64,000 bases of DNA, taken from contig CBDFJQ010000002.1 in the NCBI GenBank assembly GCA_965248575.1, forward strand, positions 1,088,001 to 1,152,000. Reading direction: 5' to 3'. A program made the position numbers and the translations under genes. The stretch's first letter is position 1. Every line of letters starts with the position of its first letter. The notes under the pieces are model-generated. The model was not told where the DNA came from. It did not search any database and worked only from the letters and a program-made list of their open reading frames with translations. Positions 36,960 to 45,763 of the stretch are shown here, in pieces. The DNA is from Planctomycetota bacterium (GTDB lineage Bacteria > Planctomycetota > B15-G4).

Positions 36960-37223
36960 CTAGTCCCCCGAGAGATGTTCGGCCAGCGCGCGGACGTGGT
37001 CGAAGCGGCCGATCAACTGGCTTTCCTTCAGCACCACCCCGTAGCGGGTCTGAATGGCCTTGAGGAAGGGTGCGGCGCTGAGGGAATCCACATAGCCACA
37101 GTCGTAGAGGTGCTGCGTGGGATCGATGCTTGCCGAGGCGAGCCGCCCCTCACTCAGTTGCACGATCAGATCCACGAGCTCGGCTTCGATCTGCTGCGGG
37201 TCCGGCTGTTCGGTGGGGGACAT
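36960..37223 (-). CDS. Stand-alone acyl carrier protein (DltC/LnmL-like)
   Basis: 87 aa with LYDCGYVDSLS phosphopantetheine motif; forms the C-terminal part of the 380-aa track ORF, real start ATG 37223. Confidence 0.82.
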   Translation of the reverse strand: MSPTEQPDPQQIEAELVDLIVQLSEGRLASASIDPTQHLYDCGYVDSLSAAPFLKAIQTRYGVVLKESQLIGRFDHVRALAEHLSGD

Positions 37224-37361
37224 CGGGGAGAAGCTACCAGGGCGGCCTGCGGATGGGTCGTTCGAGCCGGATCGTTCAGGCAGTATAGGAGTGCTCGAGC
37301 CCCGATTCAGGTGCGCACCCCTTTCAACCAACCCCTCCAATCCACGATTCCGGACGCAGCC

Positions 37362-38420
37362 ATGTTCTCTTGGAAGGACTACGCCTTCACCGTGGGCATG
37401 CCCCACATGGTGCCCGGCCGCCTCTCGGAGGTGGAGTTGCTGAAATGGTTGGGCGCCTGGCAGTGGGACTCCATCGCCGAGATGCTGGACACGCCCTCGG
37501 CCGAGATCACCAACGAAAACGGTGAGCGCCTCTACGCGTCCTTCGTCAACATCGAGCTGGACCTCAGGGCACGCCACAGCCTGGCGAGCTTCACCGAAGG
37601 CAGCTCCATGCACCTGCGCAACGGGACCCGGCTCTACGCCGGGACCTTTGTCGAGGGTCTGTACTTGCTGGACGACAAGCCTCTTCCCGAGGGCTGCGAA
37701 GGTTCCGTCCAATCCACCGAAGACCTCACGGTGGGGGAGCTGCCCTGGGTGAGCATGAACAACTGTTTCGTGGCGCCCTTTGGCGGCGAAAACGACCGCC
37801 TCAAGGTTCACGCGCCGCGCGGCCTTGATGAGGATCAGGGCGAGGCCGGGCGCTCCATTGCCCAAACGGACGAGCGCCCCCAGGGACTCGTGGAGCATGC
37901 CCAGGTCCAGTCCAGCGGCCTGATCGAGGCTGCTTGGGATGACGAGGACTTCGTCCCCTTGGAAACCCTGGACGCCGAGCCCATTCCCTACTTCATCAGC
38001 CCTGAGTCCGACCTCAACGGCGCAGGCCTGCTCTACTTCGCACGCTACGTCGCCATGATGGATCACGGCGAACGGGAGCTGCTCATGGATGGACTGGAGC
38101 AACCCCTCTCACATCAGTTCGTCTCCTGCCTCGCCACCACGCAGCGTCGGCTGTTCTATTTCGCCAACGCTCAACCATGGGACGCTGTGGACGTGCGCGT
38201 CACGCCCTTCGTGCGCGACTGTGGAAGCAGCGGGGAGACACCGTCGGCGCGACACCGTGTGCCGCTCGAGTTCATGTTCCGCATCGACCTGCATCGCGAC
38301 TCGGACCAGATGCTCATGGCCAGTTCCCTCGTGCGCAAGGCACTGGTGATCCCGGCCCACCGCAAGGCGCTGCTGGCGGAAGCCGAACGTTTCCTCGCGG
38401 GCTGCCTGGAAGAGGACTGA
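37362..38420 (+). CDS. LnmK-family double-hotdog acyltransferase/decarboxylase
   Basis: VGMPH, LGAWQW, GERLYASF, SDLNGAGLLYFARY..MMD, FYFANA. These match LnmK blocks recalled as LGDWTW, GNPTYLAF, RDVNGVGLLYFASY and CYLGNA. Confidence 0.78.
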   Translation: MFSWKDYAFTVGMPHMVPGRLSEVELLKWLGAWQWDSIAEMLDTPSAEITNENGERLYASFVNIELDLRARHSLASFTEGSSMHLRNGTRLYAGTFVEGLYLLDDKPLPEGCEGSVQSTEDLTVGELPWVSMNNCFVAPFGGENDRLKVHAPRGLDEDQGEAGRSIAQTDERPQGLVEHAQVQSSGLIEAAWDDEDFVPLETLDAEPIPYFISPESDLNGAGLLYFARYVAMMDHGERELLMDGLEQPLSHQFVSCLATTQRRLFYFANAQPWDAVDVRVTPFVRDCGSSGETPSARHRVPLEFMFRIDLHRDSDQMLMASSLVRKALVIPAHRKALLAEAERFLAGCLEED

Positions 38421-38447
38421 GGGGGCTGCGCTCGAGCTGGGGGAGAC

Positions 38448-39149
38448 TCACGTGCGCCGGACGGCGAAGTGAGCACTCTCCCAGTCTGCTCCAGCCCAGC
38501 GATCCGGCTCTTCGAACACCAGCTCACCGCCCCCGCGCTTGAGCGTGTCGTGGACGTCTTCTAACGGTACGCAGTGGATCTCCATGTGAGCCTCCTCGTC
38601 GGCTTCCTGCGCCGGCGCGAGGGAAGACCCACTCTCACCCAGCTCGCCCGTCGCCAGCTGAAAGAACAGCACTCCCCCCGGTCTCAGGATGCGTAGGAAC
38701 TCCCGCAGGTAGGCCAATGAGTACTCGGCACGCATGTGCTGCAAGACGATGGCGGTGACCACCAGGTCGAGGGAGGCGTCCGGGATGACCGACAGATCCG
38801 GGCGCGTGTTGCAGAGGTAGCGCACCTGCTCGCCAAAGCGGTTCTTCTCATTCGCCAGATCGATCATGGGCTGGCTCACGTCGACACCCGTCACGCTCGA
38901 GAAGTGGGGCGCCATGGCCTGGGTGATGCGTCCAATCCCACACCCGAAGTCCAAGGCATCGCCTCGCTGGACGGTGACTCCCTGCTGACTGAGCCACGCC
39001 GCGATCCACTCCACGAACTCGATTCCGGAGTTCATGAACTCGGCTTCATCCCAGCGGCCGCCATCCGTACCCGCTTGAGTCAGGATGGCCCACATGGGGT
39101 CCTTCCGGCCCAGGTTCTCCCAGTTGCGTCGAAGCCGTTCGAACTCCAT
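38448..39149 (-). CDS. Class I SAM-dependent methyltransferase
   Basis: ALDFGCGIGR, GVDVSQPMI, VLQHM, LRPGG. Confidence 0.88.
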   Translation of the reverse strand: MEFERLRRNWENLGRKDPMWAILTQAGTDGGRWDEAEFMNSGIEFVEWIAAWLSQQGVTVQRGDALDFGCGIGRITQAMAPHFSSVTGVDVSQPMIDLANEKNRFGEQVRYLCNTRPDLSVIPDASLDLVVTAIVLQHMRAEYSLAYLREFLRILRPGGVLFFQLATGELGESGSSLAPAQEADEEAHMEIHCVPLEDVHDTLKRGGGELVFEEPDRWAGADWESAHFAVRRT

Positions 39150-39273
39150 GGGGGTGAAGTCTACCCACAGCTGGGAGCGCAGGAGGGTCGCGATCTCGAA
39201 AGGCAGCGCCGCTGGAGCGCGCTGACCGTCGGTTGCGGGGACGCGTCACGACCGCGTTCAGCCGACATCAAAA

Positions 39274-39349
39274 TGGTGGGCGAGAAGGGACTCGAACCCC
39301 TGACCCCCTGGTTGTGATCCAGGTGCGCTACCAACTGCGCCACTCGCCC
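39274..39349 (-). tRNA. tRNA-Val(CAC)
   Basis: GGGCGAGTGGCGCAGTTGGTAGCGCACCTGG-ATCACAA-CCAGGGGGTCAGGGGTTCGAGTCCCTTCTCGCCCACCA, 76 nt, A73. Confidence 0.93.
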
Positions 39350-39364
39350 GTGAGTCGGGGAGTC

Positions 39365-39393
39365 ACTATGCGGATCGAATGGGGGAGAGGCAA
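39365..39393 (-). promoter_or_regulatory. Putative sigma70 promoter of tRNA-Val
   Basis: Minus strand TTGCCT-N17-CATAGT. Confidence 0.45.
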
Positions 39394-39533
39394 CCGTCCA
39401 GAGAGGGAAGCTTCCGCCAGTGGGGCAGCTGATCGGCCTCAGGAATGGGCGCTGAAGTCGGCCCCCCTGGCTTCCGATGGGGAGGAACTGGCTGTGCTCC
39501 TCTTGCGCGCCCGAACACACCACGGAGTTCCAG

Positions 39534-40034
39534 ATGCGTCCCTTCTTCCACGCAACCCTCAGCGCCGCGCTGCTGGTCAGCTTCGGCTCCAGCCTCGCCG
39601 CCCAGGAATCCCTCTCGAGCACCCCGTCGGCCACTGCGTCCGCACCCCAGCGTGGCCAGATCGGAGCGCGCCAGCAGCACGGCGAGCCGACGGCCGTGCA
39701 GCTCAAGGCAGTCCAACGGCGACGGGCGGCAGCTCACCGGCGCCTCCAAGCAAAGCCGTCTGACGTGAAGAGCGGTCAGCAGCCCGGGCTCGTCGCTCGG
39801 GAGCGCCTCGCTCGCATGAACGGCGTCCACCCAGCCCCAGCTCGCTCGGCCGACGGGGCCCGGAATGCAGGGCGCGGCCGAAGCGCTAGACATCCCCAGA
39901 TCGGGTCCCAGGCCGGACCCTGGTCTAGGACCAGTGACCGGACCAGTCCGAGGGCTGCCCACAAGATGGGTCCGAAGCAGGGGGCCGGCAAGAGCCGCAG
40001 CAAGAGCCCTGCCAAGCGATCCCGAAGGCGCTGA
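39534..40034 (+). CDS. Hypothetical exported basic low-complexity protein
   Basis: Signal peptide MRPFFHATLSAALLVSFGSSLAA, then an Arg/Lys/Ala/Gln-rich body. Confidence 0.5.
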   Translation: MRPFFHATLSAALLVSFGSSLAAQESLSSTPSATASAPQRGQIGARQQHGEPTAVQLKAVQRRRAAAHRRLQAKPSDVKSGQQPGLVARERLARMNGVHPAPARSADGARNAGRGRSARHPQIGSQAGPWSRTSDRTSPRAAHKMGPKQGAGKSRSKSPAKRSRRR

Positions 40035-40111
40035 CAGGTGTGCGCTGACGGGTGCACTGACCGGGACCCGCCGTCCGGCCGTCGAGCCCAAGCCAGCCGC
40101 CGCAGGGCTGT

Positions 40112-41599
40112 TCAGGAGCGCATCATCACCGACTCGCGGCGGAACATCCACGCGGCGCCGAACAAGGCCAACACGGTCACCACCAGCGTGCTGCCCAAGG
40201 TGATGATGTAGAAGCTCCAGAGGTAGTTGCCCTTGAGCAGTTCCTTCATGAGCAACGAGATGTTCACGAAGGGGATCCAGGCCATGTGCGATTCCGCTTC
40301 GACGTCCGGCAGGAGCGACACCATCATGGGCAGGATCATCACGAACTGCAGCGGCACCGTGTAACTCTGGGCTTCCTTGAAGGAGCGCGCGTAGAGCCCC
40401 ACGGCCAGCAGCAGCGCAGAGTAGAGAGCCGCGACCGGCACGACCAAGGAGCCCGTGAGTAGCAACGCCAGGGGCTGGAACTCGATCTCGAAGGCTTCCG
40501 CGAGATTGGGCGGCAGGATGCCGTAGGTGAAACTCGCCACCATCGACGAGGTGGTGAGCACAGCGGCCACCACAGCCGCCAGGAAGACGACGACGAACTT
40601 GCCGCACGCGATCTCCAGGCGTGACACCGGAGCCAGCAGCAGCGTCTCCATGGTGAAGCGTTCCTTCTCACCGGCGGTCACGTCGAGTGCGGGGTAGAGC
40701 GCGCCGAAGAAGCAGAACGCGAACAGCAGGTACGGAAGCAAGCCACCGATCGCTGCTTGCACCTTGCGCGAATCCGTAGCGACGTTGGCCGACTCCAAAC
40801 GCATGGGTTCCGCAAACTCCCGCGGCAGCTGCTCCTCTCGCAGACGCAGCTTCAACTGCTGCCGGTTGATCACATCCAGGAAGGCGTGGACCCGGTCATA
40901 GGCCTCGTCGGACAGGCTCTGGCTCGAGTCATAGAGGACGTGCAGGGGAACCGTAGCCTCAAATTCTTCGAGGGTCACCAGCGCATCCCCCGGCAGCGCC
41001 AGTCCGGCGCTGATCGCCTTGGACTGCACGGCGATCGTCATGCGTTCACCCGCCAGGCTGTCGGGCAGGTCCTTCGGCACCTTCACACCTTGAGCCAGCT
41101 GGCCATCGACGTCGAGGCTCGCGGGATCCACGAACTTGGACTGCGACACCAGCTTGCTGATGGCGTGCGCATCCAGCATGAGCTGCCGTTGTTCGCTCGG
41201 CATGTCCGCTGACAGCTTGGCCAACTGCGCGAAATCAATGCCCTGCTTCGCATCCCCCTCGGCCTGTTCACCGAACTTCATCAGTTTCTCGAGGGCGGAC
41301 CGTCCACCCAGGCCGTCCAGGACGGCCTTGCCCTGCCCGAGGCTCAAGGCCACCCAGTTCTCATTGAGCCAATGGGTCGTCAGGGCAGTCAAGGTCGTCA
41401 CCGCCGCAGGCTCTGCCGCAATGGTGAGCACGCGGGCCGCCTTCTGGGCGTTCTGGCTCTGCATGAACTTGCTCACGCCCAACATCAGCAACGGCATGAC
41501 CACGATCGGCAGCAACATCATGAAGAAGAGCGTGCGTCGGTCGCGCAGGACATCCCGCAGTTCCTTGCGGGCAATCACCGAGACGGTGCGAAGGCTCAC
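40112..41599 (-). CDS. natB: ABC exporter permease, NatB-like
   Basis: KELRDVLRDRRT, ALDVTAGEKERFTMETLLLAPVSR, ARSFKEAQSY, WIPFVN. Confidence 0.85.
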   Translation of the reverse strand: MSLRTVSVIARKELRDVLRDRRTLFFMMLLPIVVMPLLMLGVSKFMQSQNAQKAARVLTIAAEPAAVTTLTALTTHWLNENWVALSLGQGKAVLDGLGGRSALEKLMKFGEQAEGDAKQGIDFAQLAKLSADMPSEQRQLMLDAHAISKLVSQSKFVDPASLDVDGQLAQGVKVPKDLPDSLAGERMTIAVQSKAISAGLALPGDALVTLEEFEATVPLHVLYDSSQSLSDEAYDRVHAFLDVINRQQLKLRLREEQLPREFAEPMRLESANVATDSRKVQAAIGGLLPYLLFAFCFFGALYPALDVTAGEKERFTMETLLLAPVSRLEIACGKFVVVFLAAVVAAVLTTSSMVASFTYGILPPNLAEAFEIEFQPLALLLTGSLVVPVAALYSALLLAVGLYARSFKEAQSYTVPLQFVMILPMMVSLLPDVEAESHMAWIPFVNISLLMKELLKGNYLWSFYIITLGSTLVVTVLALFGAAWMFRRESVMMRS

Positions 41600-42351
41600 G
41601 TGGCATTCTCCAAGACGCTCACAAAGGCTTCCTCGACGTCATCCCCTGACTGCTCGCGAAGCTCGTCCAGCGTGCCGCCGAACTGCACGCGCCCCTTGTG
41701 GATGATGGCGAGGCGATCACACAGGCGTGTCACCTCTCCCATGATGTGGGTCGAGAAGATCACGCAGCGCCCTTCGTCACGGCAGCGGCGCACGAACTCG
41801 ACGATGGTGCGCGAGGCGAGCACGTCGAGACCCACCGTGGGTTCGTCAAGAATCAAGACCCGTGGGTCGTGCAGGGCCGTTCGCGCGACGTTCACCTTCT
41901 GCCGCATGCCGCTGGAGAGGGCATCGCAACGCTTGTCGAGAAAGGAATCCATGCCGAACAGGCCGGCCAGCTCTTCGATGCGCGCCGCGATCTGTTCTTT
42001 ATCCATGCCGTTCAGGCTGCCGAAATAGGTCAAGACCTCGCGCGGGCTGAGGCGGGGGTACAGGCCCGTGTTGCCTGACAGGAAGCCGATCGATGCCCGC
42101 ACCTGGTGCGGCTCCTCGACCACGTCGAAGCCAGCCACCGTGGCGGCCCCCCGCGTGGGGGCGAGCACCGTGGACAGCATGCGCAGGGTCGTGGTCTTGC
42201 CGGCCCCGTTGGGCCCCAGAAGGCCGAAGACCTCGCCCTCGAAGCAGCTCAGGGAGAGGTCCTTCACCGCCTCGGTCACATCCTTCCCGCGCCCTTTGTA
42301 CGTCTTCGCCAACCCTTTGGCTTCGACAAGGGGAGTTGCTCCAGACGCCAT
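41596..42351 (-). CDS. natA: ABC exporter ATPase, NatA-like
   Basis: GPNGAGKTT, LSSGMRQKV, ILDEPTVGLD, FSTH. Confidence 0.88.
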   Translation of the reverse strand: MASGATPLVEAKGLAKTYKGRGKDVTEAVKDLSLSCFEGEVFGLLGPNGAGKTTTLRMLSTVLAPTRGAATVAGFDVVEEPHQVRASIGFLSGNTGLYPRLSPREVLTYFGSLNGMDKEQIAARIEELAGLFGMDSFLDKRCDALSSGMRQKVNVARTALHDPRVLILDEPTVGLDVLASRTIVEFVRRCRDEGRCVIFSTHIMGEVTRLCDRLAIIHKGRVQFGGTLDELREQSGDDVEEAFVSVLENAT

Positions 42352-42490
42352 GTACCAAGTCCTCTCAAATGGCCATTTCCGTGTGAAGCTCGCGCCGAAT
42401 CCAAGCCGATTCAAATGCTCGGCGGCCTCATGCCGTATTGTCCTGCATTGACGCCTCCGATTCACCCGCTCAGATCCCTACGTCACGACC

Positions 42491-42799
42491 ATGCCGCTGC
42501 CGCGCCTGTTTCGTCGATTCTCTGCTGTGCCCTCCAACAAGGCCTCGCTCGACTTGTCCAGCCTGCCCACGGATTACGAACAGCGCATCCTGGCCGTGCT
42601 CGAACGGGTGCGGCCCATGCTCCGCAGCGATGGGGGCGACATCGAGTTCGTCCGGGCCGACGAAGCCAACGGCCTGGTGGAGGTCAGGCTCCAAGGAGCC
42701 TGCACTCATTGCGCTGCCTCGATCTTCACCATGCGGTTTGCCGTGGAGGCACGCCTCAAAGAGGCCATTCCGACGATCCAGAAGGTCGTTGCGATTTGA
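42491..42799 (+). CDS. NifU C-terminal/NfuA-type Fe-S carrier
   Basis: VRPMLRSDGGDIEFV, LQGACTHCAAS. Confidence 0.9.
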   Translation: MPLPRLFRRFSAVPSNKASLDLSSLPTDYEQRILAVLERVRPMLRSDGGDIEFVRADEANGLVEVRLQGACTHCAASIFTMRFAVEARLKEAIPTIQKVVAI

Positions 42800-42854
42800 T
42801 TCAATGCTGGTCCATTCCTTCGATGATTCCGCCGCTCCTCCTGAGCTTCTCACC

Positions 42855-45092
42855 GTGAACGCACGCAACCCTTGGATCGCCGCTCTCCTGGCCATGCTCC
42901 TGCTCGCTGCGTGCGGCGAATCCCCGGCATCGGGGGCAGAAGCGGGGCAGACCGACGGAGGGTCTCGGGCGCCCCTGGGCGCTGCAGCCACCGACCAGGC
43001 GCCTGCGGATGGAAGCATCCACTTCGTGTGGTTTTCGCGGCTCCAGGGGTATGGCGAGGGAGTGCCCTGCACTCCTGCCCTCACACCACCGCTGCCCGCT
43101 GCCGCCCGACTCACGGCCGAGTTGGAGGCGCAAGGTGACAACGCCCTCCTGACATTCATCGGGGACACGCTCGTTCAACCCGCCAGCATCAGCAGTGCAC
43201 CGGCTTCAGCAGCGGCCGCCCTGGCGCGCATCGACAACGACCTCGACGCCATGGCCAGGGCGGGCGTGGACATCTACGTCCCAGGTCACGGCGACATGCT
43301 GAACGGCCTCGGGGACTTGCTCGATCGGGCAGCGGCCCGGGACATCCCCGTACTGCTCTCCAATGTCACGATGGATGGGCGGGACGACATCAAGCGCTAC
43401 ATGATCGTTGAGCAACAAGGGGTTCGCCTCGCAGTCCTGGGCGTCATTCCCAGGCAAGGCTCAGGGGTCGGCACCGCCAACCCGAAGAACAGGAACGGTG
43501 TGCAGTTCCTCCCCCCCGGGAAAGTGGTGCGGGAGCTTTCGCGCGACATCCTCTCGCGTGGCGAGGCCAACGCCATCGTCTGCCTGAGCGCGCTCACGAA
43601 CGACGCGAACCAGAACCTGTGCTCCATCCCCAACCTCCACTTCATGATCGGCTCCTCGAACGCGAACGTACACACCCAAGAAGTGGTGCGGCGGGAAGGC
43701 ACAACGATGTTCCTGCAGCGAATCGCGGGGCGCGCCTTGGCCCTCACCACCTTCCGCTGGGTGAACGATGACTGGAACCTCGCAGACATCTCCCAGCGGC
43801 ATGTGCTCCCTGCACAGCTCGCCACCGAGAGGGAAGCCCTGGCCAAGTACGAGCAGACCTATGGCAGCAGTGACCCGGAGGTCCTGGCTCCCATGGTCAT
43901 CCCCGCCAACCCCGAGACGTTCCTGACCAAGTACGAGCTCATCGAGGAGAACGAAGCCTGGCTGGAGAAGGCGTCGGAATGGCCGGGCTCGTACCTCGAC
44001 CATCAGACCCCGGAAGCTCCGGCCCTCGCTGACGACGATCCCGTGCGCGCCGTCCTCGCCCGGCATGGCAGCGCCATCCGCGCTTCCATCAACGAGTTCG
44101 ACGGGCCCCTACAACCGCTCGATTCCGAGAGCGCCATCCCTGTGGCGGAGGACTGTCAGAGCTGCCACCAGAATCAGTACGACTTCTGGGCGAACACCGG
44201 GCACGCAACGAGCTACGACCTCCTGCTGGAGCAGGAGCGGGAATACGACAGCTCATGCCTGGTGTGCCATGTCGCCGGCTTCGGTCGCTCGGGGGGCTTC
44301 CTGGACCCGCGTCACGCGGCACCCTATGGCGGCATCACCTGCTACACCTGCCACCAGGTCCAGACAACGCACGTCATCAACAAGCGTCTCGTGGTCGACC
44401 CGCTCTACATCGGTGCCAGCAAGCGCGACGAGATGACATGCTCGGTCTGTCACAACAATCAACGGTCTCCCGAATTCGTCGAATCCGAGGCCTTTGACCA
44501 GATCGCTTGTCCGCCCATGCGCTTCGACGACCCGGTCCTGCTGCAGACCCGCGCGCAAGCAATTGAGGCCATCGAGATGCTGAGGGCGCGGGGCAAGGCG
44601 ACCGACTGGGACAGCTATCTGGAGGGCCGGGCCAAGGTAGGCCTCGGCCTGTCCGAAGAGGGCCTCGGCCTGATCAAGGACTACATCCTCGCGCAGACCG
44701 ACTGGCCCCAAATGACCTACTTCACAGCGCAGTACTTGCAAGATCAGGGGGATGCTGCGGGCGCGGTTCAGGTGCTGCGGGAATACCTCGCCGTAGAACC
44801 CGGCAACTTGCAGATGAACATCGCCTACCTGGACCTGTTGACCCAATCTGACTCGCCTGAGGTTCGCGACCCGGAGCTTGCCCTGAGCCACGCGAGCCTG
44901 ATCGCGCCGCTTGAGTACGAGCGCCTCGACTCGGTTCTCATTCCGGTCTACATCGTCCAGATCGACATGTTGAACGAGCTGGGCAGACGTCAGGAGGCCT
45001 TCGACATGCTCTTCCGACTGGGGCAGCGCTTCGAAGACAACGCGACGATCGATGAGGCCTTGGTTCGCTACGGGCTCAAGGCCGAGGACTGA
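42855..45092 (+). CDS. Lipoprotein: degenerate UshA/metallophosphoesterase domain + tetraheme c-type cytochrome + TPR-like tail
   Basis: Lipobox LAAC; FIGDTL, VPGHGD, LLSNV; CQSCH, CLVCH, CYTCH, CSVCH; start GTG 42855 or ATG 42804. Confidence 0.75.
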   Translation: MNARNPWIAALLAMLLLAACGESPASGAEAGQTDGGSRAPLGAAATDQAPADGSIHFVWFSRLQGYGEGVPCTPALTPPLPAAARLTAELEAQGDNALLTFIGDTLVQPASISSAPASAAAALARIDNDLDAMARAGVDIYVPGHGDMLNGLGDLLDRAAARDIPVLLSNVTMDGRDDIKRYMIVEQQGVRLAVLGVIPRQGSGVGTANPKNRNGVQFLPPGKVVRELSRDILSRGEANAIVCLSALTNDANQNLCSIPNLHFMIGSSNANVHTQEVVRREGTTMFLQRIAGRALALTTFRWVNDDWNLADISQRHVLPAQLATEREALAKYEQTYGSSDPEVLAPMVIPANPETFLTKYELIEENEAWLEKASEWPGSYLDHQTPEAPALADDDPVRAVLARHGSAIRASINEFDGPLQPLDSESAIPVAEDCQSCHQNQYDFWANTGHATSYDLLLEQEREYDSSCLVCHVAGFGRSGGFLDPRHAAPYGGITCYTCHQVQTTHVINKRLVVDPLYIGASKRDEMTCSVCHNNQRSPEFVESEAFDQIACPPMRFDDPVLLQTRAQAIEAIEMLRARGKATDWDSYLEGRAKVGLGLSEEGLGLIKDYILAQTDWPQMTYFTAQYLQDQGDAAGAVQVLREYLAVEPGNLQMNIAYLDLLTQSDSPEVRDPELALSHASLIAPLEYERLDSVLIPVYIVQIDMLNELGRRQEAFDMLFRLGQRFEDNATIDEALVRYGLKAED

Positions 45093-45680
45093 TCAGCGGG
45101 GGACCTCTGGTCGCGCGCCTTCCAGCTCAAGGGTCTCCGTCAACCAGTCGGCGATCGATGGCGGAAACCACCCGCGACAGGTGTCGCCCACAGCCCGGGT
45201 CAGCTCGAGCGATGAGCTGCCATCGAGTGAGTCCTGCAGGGAGGTCATGTCGGGGAACATGCTCCGTGCAAACATGAGCAGTGTGACGAACAAGGTCACG
45301 TACACGGCCCCGCGAAGCAGCCCGAACACCAGCCCAAGGGTCCGGTCGACACCGCCCATGTCCGTTTCTTCGGCAGCCGCGCGCAAGAGCTTGGAGAGCA
45401 GCGCGCCCGCCAGCAGGGTGCCCGCAAACACCGTGGCGCAGCCCACGAGGACGCCGATCCGCTGACTGTCCTGGGTGCCTGAGATCAGCGGCCAGTCCGA
45501 TGCCCCGAGGGATTCCCCGAAGGTGCCCGCCAGGATGATGCCCACAACCACCGTCGCCAAGCCCACGATGAAGCGGATGGCGCCCTTGACCAGGCCCGCG
45601 ATGCCGTAGCCGACAATGACGAGCAGCGCGAGCCCATCGATCCAACTCAGGGACACGCCATCGAGCACGGGAGGAGACAT
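45093..45680 (-). CDS. CvpA family membrane protein
   Basis: WID..., GLVKGAIR, VDRTLGLVFGLLRG. Confidence 0.85.
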   Translation of the reverse strand: MSPPVLDGVSLSWIDGLALLVIVGYGIAGLVKGAIRFIVGLATVVVGIILAGTFGESLGASDWPLISGTQDSQRIGVLVGCATVFAGTLLAGALLSKLLRAAAEETDMGGVDRTLGLVFGLLRGAVYVTLFVTLLMFARSMFPDMTSLQDSLDGSSSLELTRAVGDTCRGWFPPSIADWLTETLELEGARPEVPR

Positions 45681-45763
45681 CTCGACTGTCTTTCAGGAAC
45701 GAGTGGGGGAGCACACCCTGCTCGGGCAGCGTTGCCCGGACGTTGACGCGCGACACATCCAGC

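Noticed and set aside
36960..38102. 380-aa minus-strand ORF
   Set aside because: Only the last 87 codons look like a protein (the ACP); the rest is the antisense shadow of the LnmK-like gene.
40028..40066. Three GC(G/A)CTGAC units resembling a mini-array
   Set aside because: Units are 12-14 bp, degenerate and lack unique spacers; no cas genes, so not CRISPR.
42855..43200. Selenocysteine recoding in the UshA-like lipoprotein
   Set aside because: No in-frame TGA; the ORF is continuous.
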